This document shows positions 26,917-40,229 of a DNA stretch of 64,000 nucleotides, in pieces (positions within the stretch are counted from its first letter, which is position 1; each line of letters opens with the position of its first letter). The position numbers and the translations under genes are program-made. The stretch covers positions 9,362,001 through 9,426,000 of the forward strand of contig OZ024758.1 in the NCBI GenBank assembly GCA_964016885.1, given 5' to 3'. This DNA comes from Eledone cirrhosa. Taxonomy: Eukaryota. The notes below the pieces were generated by a model that saw only the letters and a list, made by a program, of their open reading frames with translations, was not told where the DNA came from and did not search any database.

Positions 26917-29900
26917 CATAGGGGCATAAAGCTGATGGATCAGGTTATGAAAGTGGCAGAGAGAATATTAGCGCAACTGATTAGAGAGAGGGTCAAATTA
27001 GATGAGATACAGTTTGGTTATGTGCATGGGAAAAGTACAACAGAAGCCCTCTTCTTAGTGAGACAACTACTAGATAGGTTCTTAGAGAAGAATAAGCCAC
27101 TATACTTTGATTTTATTGACCTAGAGAAGGCCTTTGATAGGGTACCCTGATCTATCATCTGGTGGTCCCTAAGGAAACTAGGTGTAGAGGAATGGCTTGT
27201 GAGGACAGTGCAAGCTATGTACAGGATGTTTAGTGTTAACTATGGTTCTTATGATTTTCAGGAAGGCATAGCTGAAAATATTTGTTAAATATGGTTGTTA
27301 TTATTTTCAGGAGAACATGGCCGAGAATTTATTGTGCTTGGTGACAAAGAGGTTGACTATGATTCAAACTTCCGCTTATATTTAAACACTAAGTTGGCAA
27401 ACCCTAAATACTCACCAAATGTGTATAGCAAATCTATGGTTATCAACTACACTGTGACTTTGAAGGTATGTTAAAATAATCTGTTATTTATGCACACTAA
27501 CATATTGTATAGCCACGGGAGGGTATATATGAGGGCCAGCTGAAAAGTTCATAGGCTGACTATGAAGGAGCGATGCTAGAGCTGTGAAATCTTGGATGCA
27601 TTAATTTCAACTCTTCTTGTTAATAACTGCATTGTTTCTTTCCAGGGACTATGTTGAAAAATATAAAGCTCATTTGGTCATTCCATGAGAGTATCTTGGT
27701 CAGCCTATGAACTTTTCAGCTGACCTTCATATACTAATATGGAAAAGCAGATGTAAAATGATGATGAACACTTTAATGCTAATAGAATTAACAGTTCTCT
27801 GAGCTTCTTTCATCCTTATCTAACCCTAGCTCTACTTCAGCACCAGTTATGTCCTAAACCTCATTTGGTAATTCCATGAGAGCATCTTGGCCAGCCTAAG
27901 AACTTTTCAGGCAAACCTTGTACATTAATTTGACTAGCTAGATTAATAGTTAGTTAGTGCAGCTGAAATACCACTCTGACCCAGGTGTAGAGTCTGTCAC
28001 TCTATCCCCTCCCCCTTCCTTCTATTGCCGGATAGCCCTTGCTCTTTCCCTCCTTTTCCTCTCATCATCATCATCATTTCATTCATCATTTCATTTTACG
28101 TCCGCTTTTTCCCTGCTTGCAAGGGTGGGACGGGAACTGATTCTGGCTTGATTTCTACAGCTGGATGACCTTCCTAACACCAACCTCATTTACAGTAAGT
28201 GCTGGGTGCTTTTTTTTCCATGGCACCTCCACGACCACTTTGCAGTGGAATGACAGGGACCCCAGTCCCTATCATCTCATTTGTACAGCTGAGTAAACTG
28301 GAGCAATGTGAAATAAAGTGTCTTGCTCAAGGAAACAACACATCACTCTCATTTACGGCATTTATAGTCCTTCCCAATACTGCTTCCTTTTTTCCCTATA
28401 TTTTATTGAACAACATTCCATATCTGTCTATTAATTGATTATACGTATTTCTATCGTTTTTGAAATTAAAATAAAATGTTAAAGTTAGTTAACCCAGTTA
28501 ACACTTGCCACATCACGGACATTCTTGAACATTCTTTAGGGTCTGGAAGATCAGCTATTAAGTGTAATTGTTAAATTTGAAAGGAAAGAACTGGAAGAGC
28601 AAAGAGAAAGACTTATTCAAGTAACAAGGTGAGCTGTTTTAATCCATTCAGTGATCAGTGCCATATGATTAGCAAATATAAAACAAACATTTCACAAAAG
28701 AAAAAAAAATCCTAAAATAAATATCCTTAAAAAACATTAATTATGTATTGAAGACAAATTGTTATTGTAATTGCTGGCCTTGTGCCAAACGTAGAAACAA
28801 TTATTGTTATTATTATTAGGCTGTCTTGCCCTGGTGGTCAGGGTCACTGTGGCTTTTTAATGGGCTTTCTCCACGAATGTCCCTCGGAAGTCTCCCCCCC
28901 CCCCCCCGTATTGGGGAATTTTTCATTGTTATTTTTTTTGTTACATCCTCTGTTTTTGTTTTTACACGCAGAAATGCCCATTTGTACCGTCCTGTATTGT
29001 CCTCTACTGTCCTTAATGTCTACTTTATGTAAACCCTTGTGGTTAATAAAGAAAGCATTATTAGGCTGTGGATTGGCAGTGTCGGTAGAAGGTCGGACGC
29101 CATGCTTTGACGCATAGAGTTACGGCCCTTGCCATTCTGTGTTCAAATCCCGCCGAGGTTAAACTTTGCCTTTCATCCTTACGGGGGGCGATAAAATAAA
29201 GTACCAGTAATGTACTGGGGAAATTGCTGGCCTTGTGCCAAAAGTAGAAACAATTATTGTTATTATTATTGCCATTATTATTATTAAGCTGGATTGTCAG
29301 AATTGGTAGAGTGTTGGACAACATACTTTGTGACATAAAATTACGGCCCTTTACTTTCTGAGTTCAAAATCTCACTGAGGTTAGGTTTGTCTTTCATCCT
29401 TACGGGGGTTAATAAAATAAAGTACCAGTAATGTACTGGGGTTGATTTAATCCCCCCCCCCCCCCCCCCAAAAAAAAAAATTGTTGGCCTTGTGCTTAAA
29501 TCAGAAAGCATTAGTCCAAACCCCATTTATAAGCCAAGGCTGCTAATCAATGAAATTCTCATGAAATTTAGCCAATAGCCAATAGCCATTATAGATTTGG
29601 GTCATCCACTGAGGGCCAGACTTGCCTCTTGTTTGTTTCCTATTGAGGAACACTCAGAACTTTTGAAATTATGTGACTTAAGAATGGAAAAAATCCAATT
29701 ACCTGACAAAATGTTTGATTACTTTGCTACATGTGTTCTTTATGTTAAGAGTGTGCAACACGTGTTTTACATTAACAGTATGCTACGCGTGTCTTTTATG
29801 TCAACACTGTGCTACACATGTTTTACATTAACAGTATGCTACATGTGTGTTTGATGTCAACACTGTGCTACATGTGCTTCACGTTAGCATTATGCTACAT

Positions 29901-30364
29901 GTGTGCTTTATGTCAACACTGTGCTACATGTGTTCCACGTTAGCATTATGCTACATGTGCGTTTTATATCAACACTGCTACATGCATGTTTTATGTCAAA
30001 CACTGTTACATGTGTGTTTTATATTAACACTATGCTACATGTGTGTTTTATGCCAAACACTGCTACATGTGTGTTTTTATGTTAACAATATGCTACATGT
30101 GTGCTTTATGTCAACACTGTGCTACATGTGTGTTTTGTATTAACAGTGTGCTACATGTGTGTTTTGTATTAACAGTGTGCTACATGTGTGTTTTTTTTTT
30201 TGTTAACAGTGAAAATAAACGTTTACTGAAAGACTTGGAGGATTCTCTGCTGAGAGAATTGGCAACATCTCAAGGCAACATGTTGGACAATGTGGAGCTG
30301 GTATCGACATTAGAAGAAACTAAAACCAAAGCAACAGAGGTCAGTTATTTCAATGTCTTAAAGC

Positions 30365-30442
<78 letters not shown>

Positions 30443-30620
30443 ATTAATAAATGGAAACTATATTTATAAAACCATATTTATTTTATTATATATATTTCAA
30501 GGATACCAAGTTAAATCATGGTATGCCTTCATCAGACAAAATACAATATATAACAGTTTTACAAATAGATATTGACGTACCCTTTCAAAAAGGTGACCGT
30601 TGCTTTTGGAGGCCATCCCG

Positions 30621-30687
<67 letters not shown>

Positions 30688-31047
30688 TACATACATAATT
30701 TTCTTTCGTTGATATTTGAATTCAGGTCATTGAGAAACTTGCTTTAGGAGAGAAGACAGCGAAAGACATTGATAAATTGCGGGATGGTTATCGGCCAGCT
30801 GCCAAACGTGGTGCTATCCTATTTTTTGTGTTGGCTGAAATGTCTGTCATAGACAACATGTACCAGTACTCTCTGTCAGCTTACCTCCATGTGTTCAAAC
30901 ATTCACTGAAAAAATCAATGCCTGATGCTGTTCTCATAAAAAGACTAAACAATATCATGAACACATTAACCAAAAATATTTACGACTATGGCTGTACAGG
31001 TAAGAGTATTTTTGTTTATCTTTGTTCTTTGTTAATTTGACCCTTAT

Positions 31048-31078
<31 letters not shown>

Positions 31079-34000
31079 CTATCATTGTCATTGTCACTGT
31101 TATTATTACTAGATAAAAAAGGGTGGTGGATTGGCAGTAAAGGGTGGTGGATTGGTAGAACATCGGACACCATGCTTTGCAGCATACAGTTACGACCCTT
31201 TACATTCTGAATTCAAATTCCGCCAAGGTTAACTTTGCCATTCATCCTTACGGGGTCAATAAAATAAAGTACCAGTAACGCACTGGGGTTGATTGAAATT
31301 GACTTTCCCTTTCCCCAAAATTGTTGGCCTTGTACTTAAATCAGAAACCATTATCACCATTATCAAAAGAGCAGTTAATAAATACATGAAGATATCTTTA
31401 ATACATGCAAATCATTTAGAATTGAAACTAACCTAAATAAAATCTAACATTTCCACATATCTACACTTCAATTGTTAGGTTTCTGGAGCTCACTAAAATA
31501 CTACTCGGATATTTTATTGTTAAATTCCAAAATAATGTTAAAAGAACTAAACAGAATTTTTTTCTCATAGAAAACTAATATTATTTATTCATGAAAACGT
31601 CATTGCATTAATTTTTGCTAATGTGGACCATCTCAGGAATTAGGAAGTTTGTATGTATGGGTCCGTAACTCATGCGGCAATCATAGAGGCCCCATTACAA
31701 CATTTCTAGGGTATTTTAAAACCTGGTGGAGCCCATCTCCTCTCCAGGTCTGAATACAGCAGAATTCTTCCAGAGAAGGATAGAGTGTGAGAGAGGAAGT
31801 AAGAAAGAGATATAGAGGAAGAATCAACTCCAGTACTAGACTGGTACTTTTTTTATTGACCTTGAATGGATGAAAGGCAAAATTGACTTCAGCGGGATTT
31901 GAACTCAGAGAGCAGAAAGTCTGAATGAATACTGCAAAGCTTTCTATCCGATGTTCTAATGACTCTGTTCACCGCCTCAATCAGGAAGTTTAACAATGAA
32001 CAAAGATTTTAGTTAGTGGGTAAGAATACTGAACCCTGTTATTATCTTGCATGTAGACATACTTAATATGCAGGAAAGGAGTCAGTTGGAATGTACACTA
32101 TGGGTCCAGAAAAACTGCAGTTGGATCAGAGGCTGAACGAGAAGAAGAATTTCACAACATTTTCGATGTGGAACCTTATTCTGAAAGAAATGTAAATTAC
32201 TTTACCGATTAGTAAAGAAATTTGTTTAAAAGAGATTTAAATTCAAAGGAAACTAAACTAAGCTAGTTGGTTAAATTAATCATATTAAAAATAGAACTAT
32301 TAAAATTATGAATTTTGTTAAACAGTGAAAATCACAAGATATATTTTCAAAAGGAATTTTGTCTTTTTTCTCTCTTTACAATTTCTCAAGCAACTTTTCC
32401 TCTTTATTAATTTTTTTAACAATTTTTGTTAAATTACTTCAGGAATCTTTGAGAAGCACAAATTACTCTTTGCCTTCCAAATTACCATTAAACTGGAACA
32501 GGATCTAACAAAAGTCAGCCAAGAGGAGTTGGAGTTTTTCCTTAAAGTAAGCCTCTTATATTGCATTCATGTAGTTATCATTTTGTCATCTCCCACTTTC
32601 CATAACAATTGCATTTCCTTTGTTTCAATGGCGAGGGAAATAGGGGGGGGGGGGGGGGGGGGGGGGGGCGGTTGCATTCAAAACTTTTGAATTTTGTTTT
32701 TCTTTTGATATTGTGTTTCTTTTTGTCTGTCTTCTGCTCAGTAGCTTTTTGACTTGTTACTTATATTTAATATAAAGGTTGATATCTTTCCTTAATATTT
32801 GAACTAAACATTTTGAGATACAAGAATAATAATAATTATTATGATGGGATTGGTGGTGGTGGCGGTGGTGATATTGCCGCTATTTGGCTGTTGTAGTTAG
32901 AGGATGCAGAGGGGGGTTTTCTTCCACTTGTAAACATTTTCTTTTTTGAATATAACATTTTTAACATAAGATTAAATATTTGAGTTATATTCCCAGATAT
33001 GTGGTCTCACCTGCTGAAGGTGAGGGTTGATGTCTTATGTCCCATTGGCAATAAAAATTATTATATCACAAGTGTTTTAAATATTTAAAAAAACATAAAC
33101 TCACGGGAGCGAATCCATAACAAGGCCCTTTCCATTCTGAATTCAAATCCCGCCGAGGTCAACTTTGCCTTTCATCCTTACAGGGTCGATAAAATATAGT
33201 ACCAGTAATGTACTGGGTAATTACTGGCCTTGTGCCAAAAGTAGAAACAATTATTATTATTATTATCGTCGTCCCTTATATTCGGCCCTTGTGGCCAATA
33301 AATGAAATCATTATTATTATCGTTGTATGGCGGTGGATTGGCAGTATCGGTAGAGGGTCGGACGCCATGCTTTCCAGCATAGTTACGTCCCTTTACGATC
33401 TGAGTTCAAATCCCGCCGAGGTTGACTTTGCCTGTCATCCTTACGGGGTCGATAAAATAAAGTACCAGTAATGTACTGGGTAATTGCTGGCCTTGTGCCT
33501 AAAATAGAAACAATTATTATTATTATTATTATTATTAGTTATAGTAGTAGCAGTAGTAGTTATAGTGGTAGTAATAGTAGTAATTTGGTGTGTGTAAGAC
33601 TTGCAATGTTGCAGAGCGCTTGAGGGGAGAGGCCAAATGACAGCATATTGATGATAATGGCTAGTTGCTTTAATAGTAAACAGAAAGCCTTTAGAAATGT
33701 CTTTTCAGACAACTGGTGTCTCTGAGGTCTTTTGGTGGTCATTTCTTCTGCTACACATTCACCAAACTATTCGTAACCCCCCCCCCCCCCCCAAATACAT
33801 GTTATGTCAATAGTCCAACAATCTCTTTCCCCCTATGTGCCACTGGTAGTATAGTGCTGATGATAATGATGATGATGTTGAGGATGTCACAAGATGCTAT
33901 AACTGTTTTTTTTTTATTTACGTATTTTTTCAGGGAAATATTGCCTTAGAGAAAAGTGCCAGGAAGAAACCATTCACATGGATCTCTGATGAAGGATGGG

Positions 34001-37000
34001 AAGATTGCGTTCACCTTTCTGAAGTATTTCCAAATGTATTTGGTGAACTTCTTGATAATATTGAGGAAACTCCAGGAGTTTGGCAAGATGTAAGTTTATA
34101 CAGGCCACATATTACAGAGTTTTGTTTTAATTATTCCTTTCATGTTAACTACATTTATAATGCTATTATGAAAATAAGGTACCTGTGGGAAGGATTTGGA
34201 AGCTCTGAATCTCATCATCATCATCACCGTTTAACGTCCACATTTCCATGCTGGTATGGGTTAGGCGAGTTATCCTGTTGTGAGCAATGCCAGGTCATAC
34301 AGAACCGACTTTGGCTTGGTTTCTACAGCTGGATGTCCTTTCTAGAACCAACTTCATTTACAGTGAGTATTGGGTGCTTTTTGACATGACACCTACATGT
34401 CTATATAATGATTTCAACAGTTACATACACATATGATGATGATGATGATGATGATGGTACAACAAGGAAGGTTTTACATGGTTGATTGATTTAGCAGATA
34501 AGATAGCAGCCAAATCTCCTAAAAATCACATCTTACTATCTTAAGAATGCAAGGACACATTGGGCATATAGAACATTTTTGATCATGGGTTTCCTCGGCT
34601 AATGCTGACCTGGGGCTAAACAACAACAACAGTAGCAAAAGTTTATTTATTTATGCTGTCGAACAGGTTCTTTGCATGGGAATTGTTAGTGCAATGGTTC
34701 AGTATGACCCCCAATTCCAACACATGGCTAACACTAAGTTATGGTCTGGGAGCTATACTGTACATTATTAATATTTGGTAGTGAAGGATGCAGTGGTTCA
34801 GACGTGACAGGCCCCACTTAGTTTGATGTTCAGAAGTCTTCATATTTATCTAAAGTCTGTCTCGAGCCAGGAGGCTCAACAGACCGGTACTTATCCTGGT
34901 TTCTGTGGTGAGAAGTGACTGAGAGTACAAGACTCTCCCAGGGACAAGATGCCAGTCCATTGCAGGGTTAAACCCCTAGCTATTGCTGGTACTCACTTTC
35001 AGCTGAGTATACTGGAGCAACATGAAATGAAGTGTTTTGCTCAAGAACACAACACATAACTCAAGCCAGGAATCAAACCCATGACATTATGATCATAAGT
35101 CCAACACCTTTACCACTAGGCTACGTACCTCCACACATTTGATTATATTTCTCTTTTTTTCAGTGTTAGGGTAACCAGGATTTTCAAGAGTCTGCCTCAT
35201 TGTATTTCCCACCTCTTTATTCTTGCAGTGGTTTGACCATGACTCTCCAGAGTCCCTTCCGTTTCCACAGCCATTTGACAAGAATCTGAGCGCTTTCCAA
35301 AAACTAATGTTATTACGATGTTTCCGAGTGGATCGTATTTACCGTGCCATTACGCTGTACGTTACTGAGATAATGGGTGAAAAATATGTCACCCCACCCA
35401 TTCTGAGTTTTGATTCTATCTATGAACAAAACTCTCCTATATCACCAGTGGTTTTCATCCTCAGTCCAGGTTCTGACCCAGCCAGTGATCTGATGAAACT
35501 TGCAGAGAGAATAGAATTTGGCAGCAACAAGATCAAATTTTTATCAATGGGACAAGGTCAGGAGAAGATTGCACTTCACTACTTAGAGACTGCTATTGCA
35601 CGAGGTCAATGGCTTATGCTGCAAAATTGTCACCTTTTGGTGCACTGGTTGCTTCAGTTAGAGAAACAACTAGAAAAACTTGTGAAGCCCCACCCTGATT
35701 TCCGTTTGTGGCTAACAACTGAACCTGTAGGAACTTTCCCTATTGGAATATTACAGAGAACATTCCAGGTCTGTTATCATTTTCTTATTCATGATTTTTG
35801 TTTGATTGTTCTTTTTTTGGGGGGTTTCTGATTATCAATATTAATTTCTAATTTCGGTACAAGGTCAGCAAATTTGTGGGAAAGGGCAATGTTGAATCTT
35901 GACTGGTACCTTATTATATCAACCCCAGTACATGACTGATACCTTATTATATCAACCCCAGTACATGACTGGTACCTTATTATATCCACCCCAGTACATG
36001 ACTGGTACTTTATTATATCAACCCCAGTACATGACTGGTACTTTATTATATCAACCCCAGTACTTGACTGGTACTTTATTATATCAACCCCAGTACATGA
36101 CTGGTACTTTATTATATCAACCCCAGTACATGAGTGGTACCTTATTTTATCAACCCCAGTACTTGACTGGTACTTTATTAAATCGACCACAGTAATTGAG
36201 TGGCTCTTTATTTTATCAACCCCAGCATTTGACTGGTACTTTACCTTATAGATAAGAGGCCAAGCTGGGTTGATTCACATACCCACACTGTGTGTTGATA
36301 ACCCATCCAACCCTTCACATACCCACACTGTGTGTTGATAACCCATCCAACCCTTCACATACCCACACTGTGTGTTGATAACCCATCCAACCCTTCACAT
36401 ACCCACACTGTGTGTTGATAACCCATCCAACCCTTCACATACCCACACTGTGTGTTGATAACCCATCCAACCCTTCACATACCCACACTGTCTGTTGATA
36501 ACCCATCCAACCCTTCACATACCCATACTGTGTGTTGATAACCCATCCAACCCTTCACATACCCACACTGTCTGTTGATAACCCATCCAACCCTTGCTAG
36601 CAGGGAAAATGGACATTAAACAAAAATGATGAATGTTTATGTATATTGACAGTGTTTAATGTTGTGCAAATTGTTATCTCTTTTCACATACATATATAGC
36701 AGTCATCTCTAATGTAGCTACCTCTAATAAACAGAACAGAGGTCAACTTTGTCTTTCATCCATTTAAGGTCGATAAAAAAGTACCAGTCTAATACTAGAG
36801 TTGATTCTTCCTCTGTATCTCTTTCTCACTTTCTTTCTCCCACTCTCTCTATCCTTCTCTGGAAGAAATCGGATGTATTTAGACCTGGAGAGCAGATGTG
36901 TTGTGCCAGATTTAAAAAAAATATCCAAGAAACGCTGTATGTTAATAGCACATCTCTACAAGTCCCTTGGGAGTTATGGGGCTAAAGAAAGAAGAAATAA

Positions 37001-38285
37001 AGAGAAACTCTCTTCTTGTAACAACCATTATCATCATTTATCAGTAACCTCTATCTTTGTGTTTCATTGAAATGTGTCATTAGGTCGTAACAGAACCACC
37101 AAATGGGCTGAAATTAAATCTCCGGGGAACTTATCACAAAATACCAGCTATTACATTTACTGATTGTCCACACCCAGCATTCCCTTCACTTGTCTTTGTT
37201 CTGGCCTTCTTCCATGCTGTGGTTCAAGAACGGCGGAAGTATGGCAAAGTTGGCTGGAATGTACCATACGACTTCAATGAATCAGACTTCCGAGTATGTA
37301 TGCAGATTCTGAATACCTACCTGACTAAATCTGTTGAGCAGGATGATCCCAAGATACCATGGAACAGTCTCAAGTATTTGATTGGAGAGGTAAGATGCTA
37401 ATATTACTGTTGCCCCCAAATTTATATATATATATATATATATATCAAAACACACCCCCGTCCCACCACCTCCACACCGCCCCTTTCAATGTAAAGTTAT
37501 GTTGGTCCCACAACATCCAGGCCGAAACAAATGAGATCGTGTAGGTGTCACGACAAAAAACACACAGTCCACGCTGTAAATGTGGCCGTGTAGGCAACAC
37601 GGTAAAAACCTCCCAGACCCACACTGTAAATGTGGTTGGTGTTAGGAAGGGCATCCAGCTGTAGAAAACCCGCCAGACAGTCCACGCTGTAATGTGGCCG
37701 TGTAGGCAACACGGTAAAAACCTCCCAGCCCCACACTGTAAATGTGGTTGGTGTTAGGAAGGGCATCCAGCTGTAGAAAACCCGCCAGATAGTCCACGCT
37801 GTAATGTGGCCGTGTAGGCAACACGGTAAAAACCTCCCAGCCCCACACTGTAAATGTGGTTGGTGTTAGGAAGGGCATCCAACTGTAGAAAACCTGCCAG
37901 ACAGTCCTATGCGAGCAAGACAACCACTCTTGCCTCAAGTGGGAAAACCCCCGTCCAAACCCATGCAAGCGTGGAACACGGACGCTAAACCTGATGATGA
38001 TGATGATGATGATGATATATGCTACTGCACTCAGCATTTCTATCCCTTTCTTTTCATTTGAAGCATATTGGTCGTAGCATTTTATTGACGTTGTTGCATA
38101 ATTCGCTGAAAGGCACAACTTGTGTTGTGTCTCACTGTTTTGTTGTGCCCCTTTGTGCACTGGAATGCATAGTATCAACCTTAATTCACAGAAACTATAG
38201 TTATTTCCAGAGGTTGACTGATAAAAAGAGTGTTTGTTTTTCTGTTGTTTTTTTCCATTGTTGTTGTCCCATGTAGCCTCTCTTT

Positions 38286-38333
<48 letters not shown>

Positions 38334-38466
38334 GGGTCATTCTACTTACATGGTTTAAAGAGAGAGTTTGCATAATTGCAAACAAATCGAATATTATTAT
38401 TAATATTCAAAAAGCTCTGATTTACATTTCTTGTATTCAGCCATATAGAGCAATAAAACTATTTGT

Positions 38467-38516
<50 letters not shown>

Positions 38517-39902
38517 CACACACATATATATATATATATACAGTCACTTCAGTTTAATACACATTATCTAGTATGTTCTTCCTTATTTTACTGATTGTGT
38601 GATGTGATGTGGCTGGTAAGGTTGCAATGGAGTATTGTGTGGCATAAGACTGGTATTTCTCCTTATTGCTATTTCCAGGTGATGTATGGTGGTCGGGCTA
38701 TTGATAACTTTGACCGCAGGATTCTGAATAATTATATGGATGAATATATGGGGGATTTCATCTTTGATACATTTCAACCATTCCATTTCTTTCATAACGA
38801 CGAGGTGGATTATTGTATTCCAGTACCGGGACCTAAAGAAAACTATGTTGGTAAGGAACTTGTATTTGACCCCAAAAGAATGTGAGGAAGCTCCATTAGT
38901 GTGTTGTTTTCAGTTAGCTTCCAGTTCAACTCTGATCAAGCAAACTTATGATTAAATGCATTCTAACAGGGGTCATTCTGTCTTTACAGCCAGTTTATTT
39001 TAGATTACATCCTTATTTTAACGATTGTATGATATGATTTGAGAGAGATATAAGAATGCTTCGATGGATGTGTAATGTGAACCCTTTAGTGTTCAAACCG
39101 GCCAGAATTCTCTACCTCTTTCTGTTGAAACTGGCTGTAACTGGTCGCTCAAACTGATGTTAAGGTATTGTTTTCAAAATAAATACTTTCAAAATCTCAT
39201 AGATTCAATATTATGTGAGATATTATGTGAGGTAAAGCCTTTACCATTAAAATATAATAGTATATATAAAATAATGTGAATGCTAAAGGGTTTTAATGTA
39301 AGAGAACAACAGAGCTTGGTTGAACTGAGAGAAAAACTGGGTATAAGAGGAATCATAATAGGAATGAGAAGTAGTGTGCAAGAGAGATGACTGCATTGGT
39401 ATGAACATCTGATATGCATGGTTGGAAGGAAGCAACAGTAGAGGAGGGCCAAGGAAGACCTTGGCAGAGGTGGTGAGAGTTGATCTCAAATTGCTGAAAC
39501 CCACAGTGGAGATAATGAAGGATTGTAATGTGTGGAGAGATGCTGAAAAGGACCCATCCAACCTAGGCAAGTGCAGAAAAATGGACATAAAAACAATGGT
39601 GATGATATAAATTTGTTATATAAATTGTGTAACTTAGTAATATCGAAATTGCGTTTATCAATAAAATATATGAAGCACACATGAACTCTAAATTAATAAA
39701 AAATGAAAATTTCATCTATTTATTACCAGATTATATTGAGTCTTTGCCATTGATCAACACACCAGAAGTATTTGGTCTTCATCCCAATGCTGAAATAGGT
39801 TACTATACACAAGCTGCTCGGGACATGTGGCTACATCTGATAGAGCTTCAGCCTCAAACAAGTAAGTGAATAAGTGTGTACATATATATATAATGATAAT
39901 GA

Positions 39903-39940
<38 letters not shown>

Positions 39941-40194
39941 TAAATTGATATGGCGCATGCTTATGATATTCTCAGACATGGCATCTTTAATTTAATTTTG
40001 GTGGTATATATATATAAATATATAGGAAAAAGTATGACCCCAATGGCAGAGCTCAAGCCGTTTTGACGGCTATTCTGCCGTCGGGGTCATACTTTTTCCT
40101 ATTACCCACTCCACTACCCTAAGTATTGAGTACTCTGGTGCGTTATGGTCCATCTGGGTTCCTTTCCACAATTCCTTTGTTATATATAAATATA

Positions 40195-40229
<35 letters not shown>

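Noticed and set aside
35789-36595. CRISPR-like regular repeats and repetitive ORFs
   Set aside because: Head-to-tail minisatellites with no unique spacers; eukaryotic intron; no cas genes.
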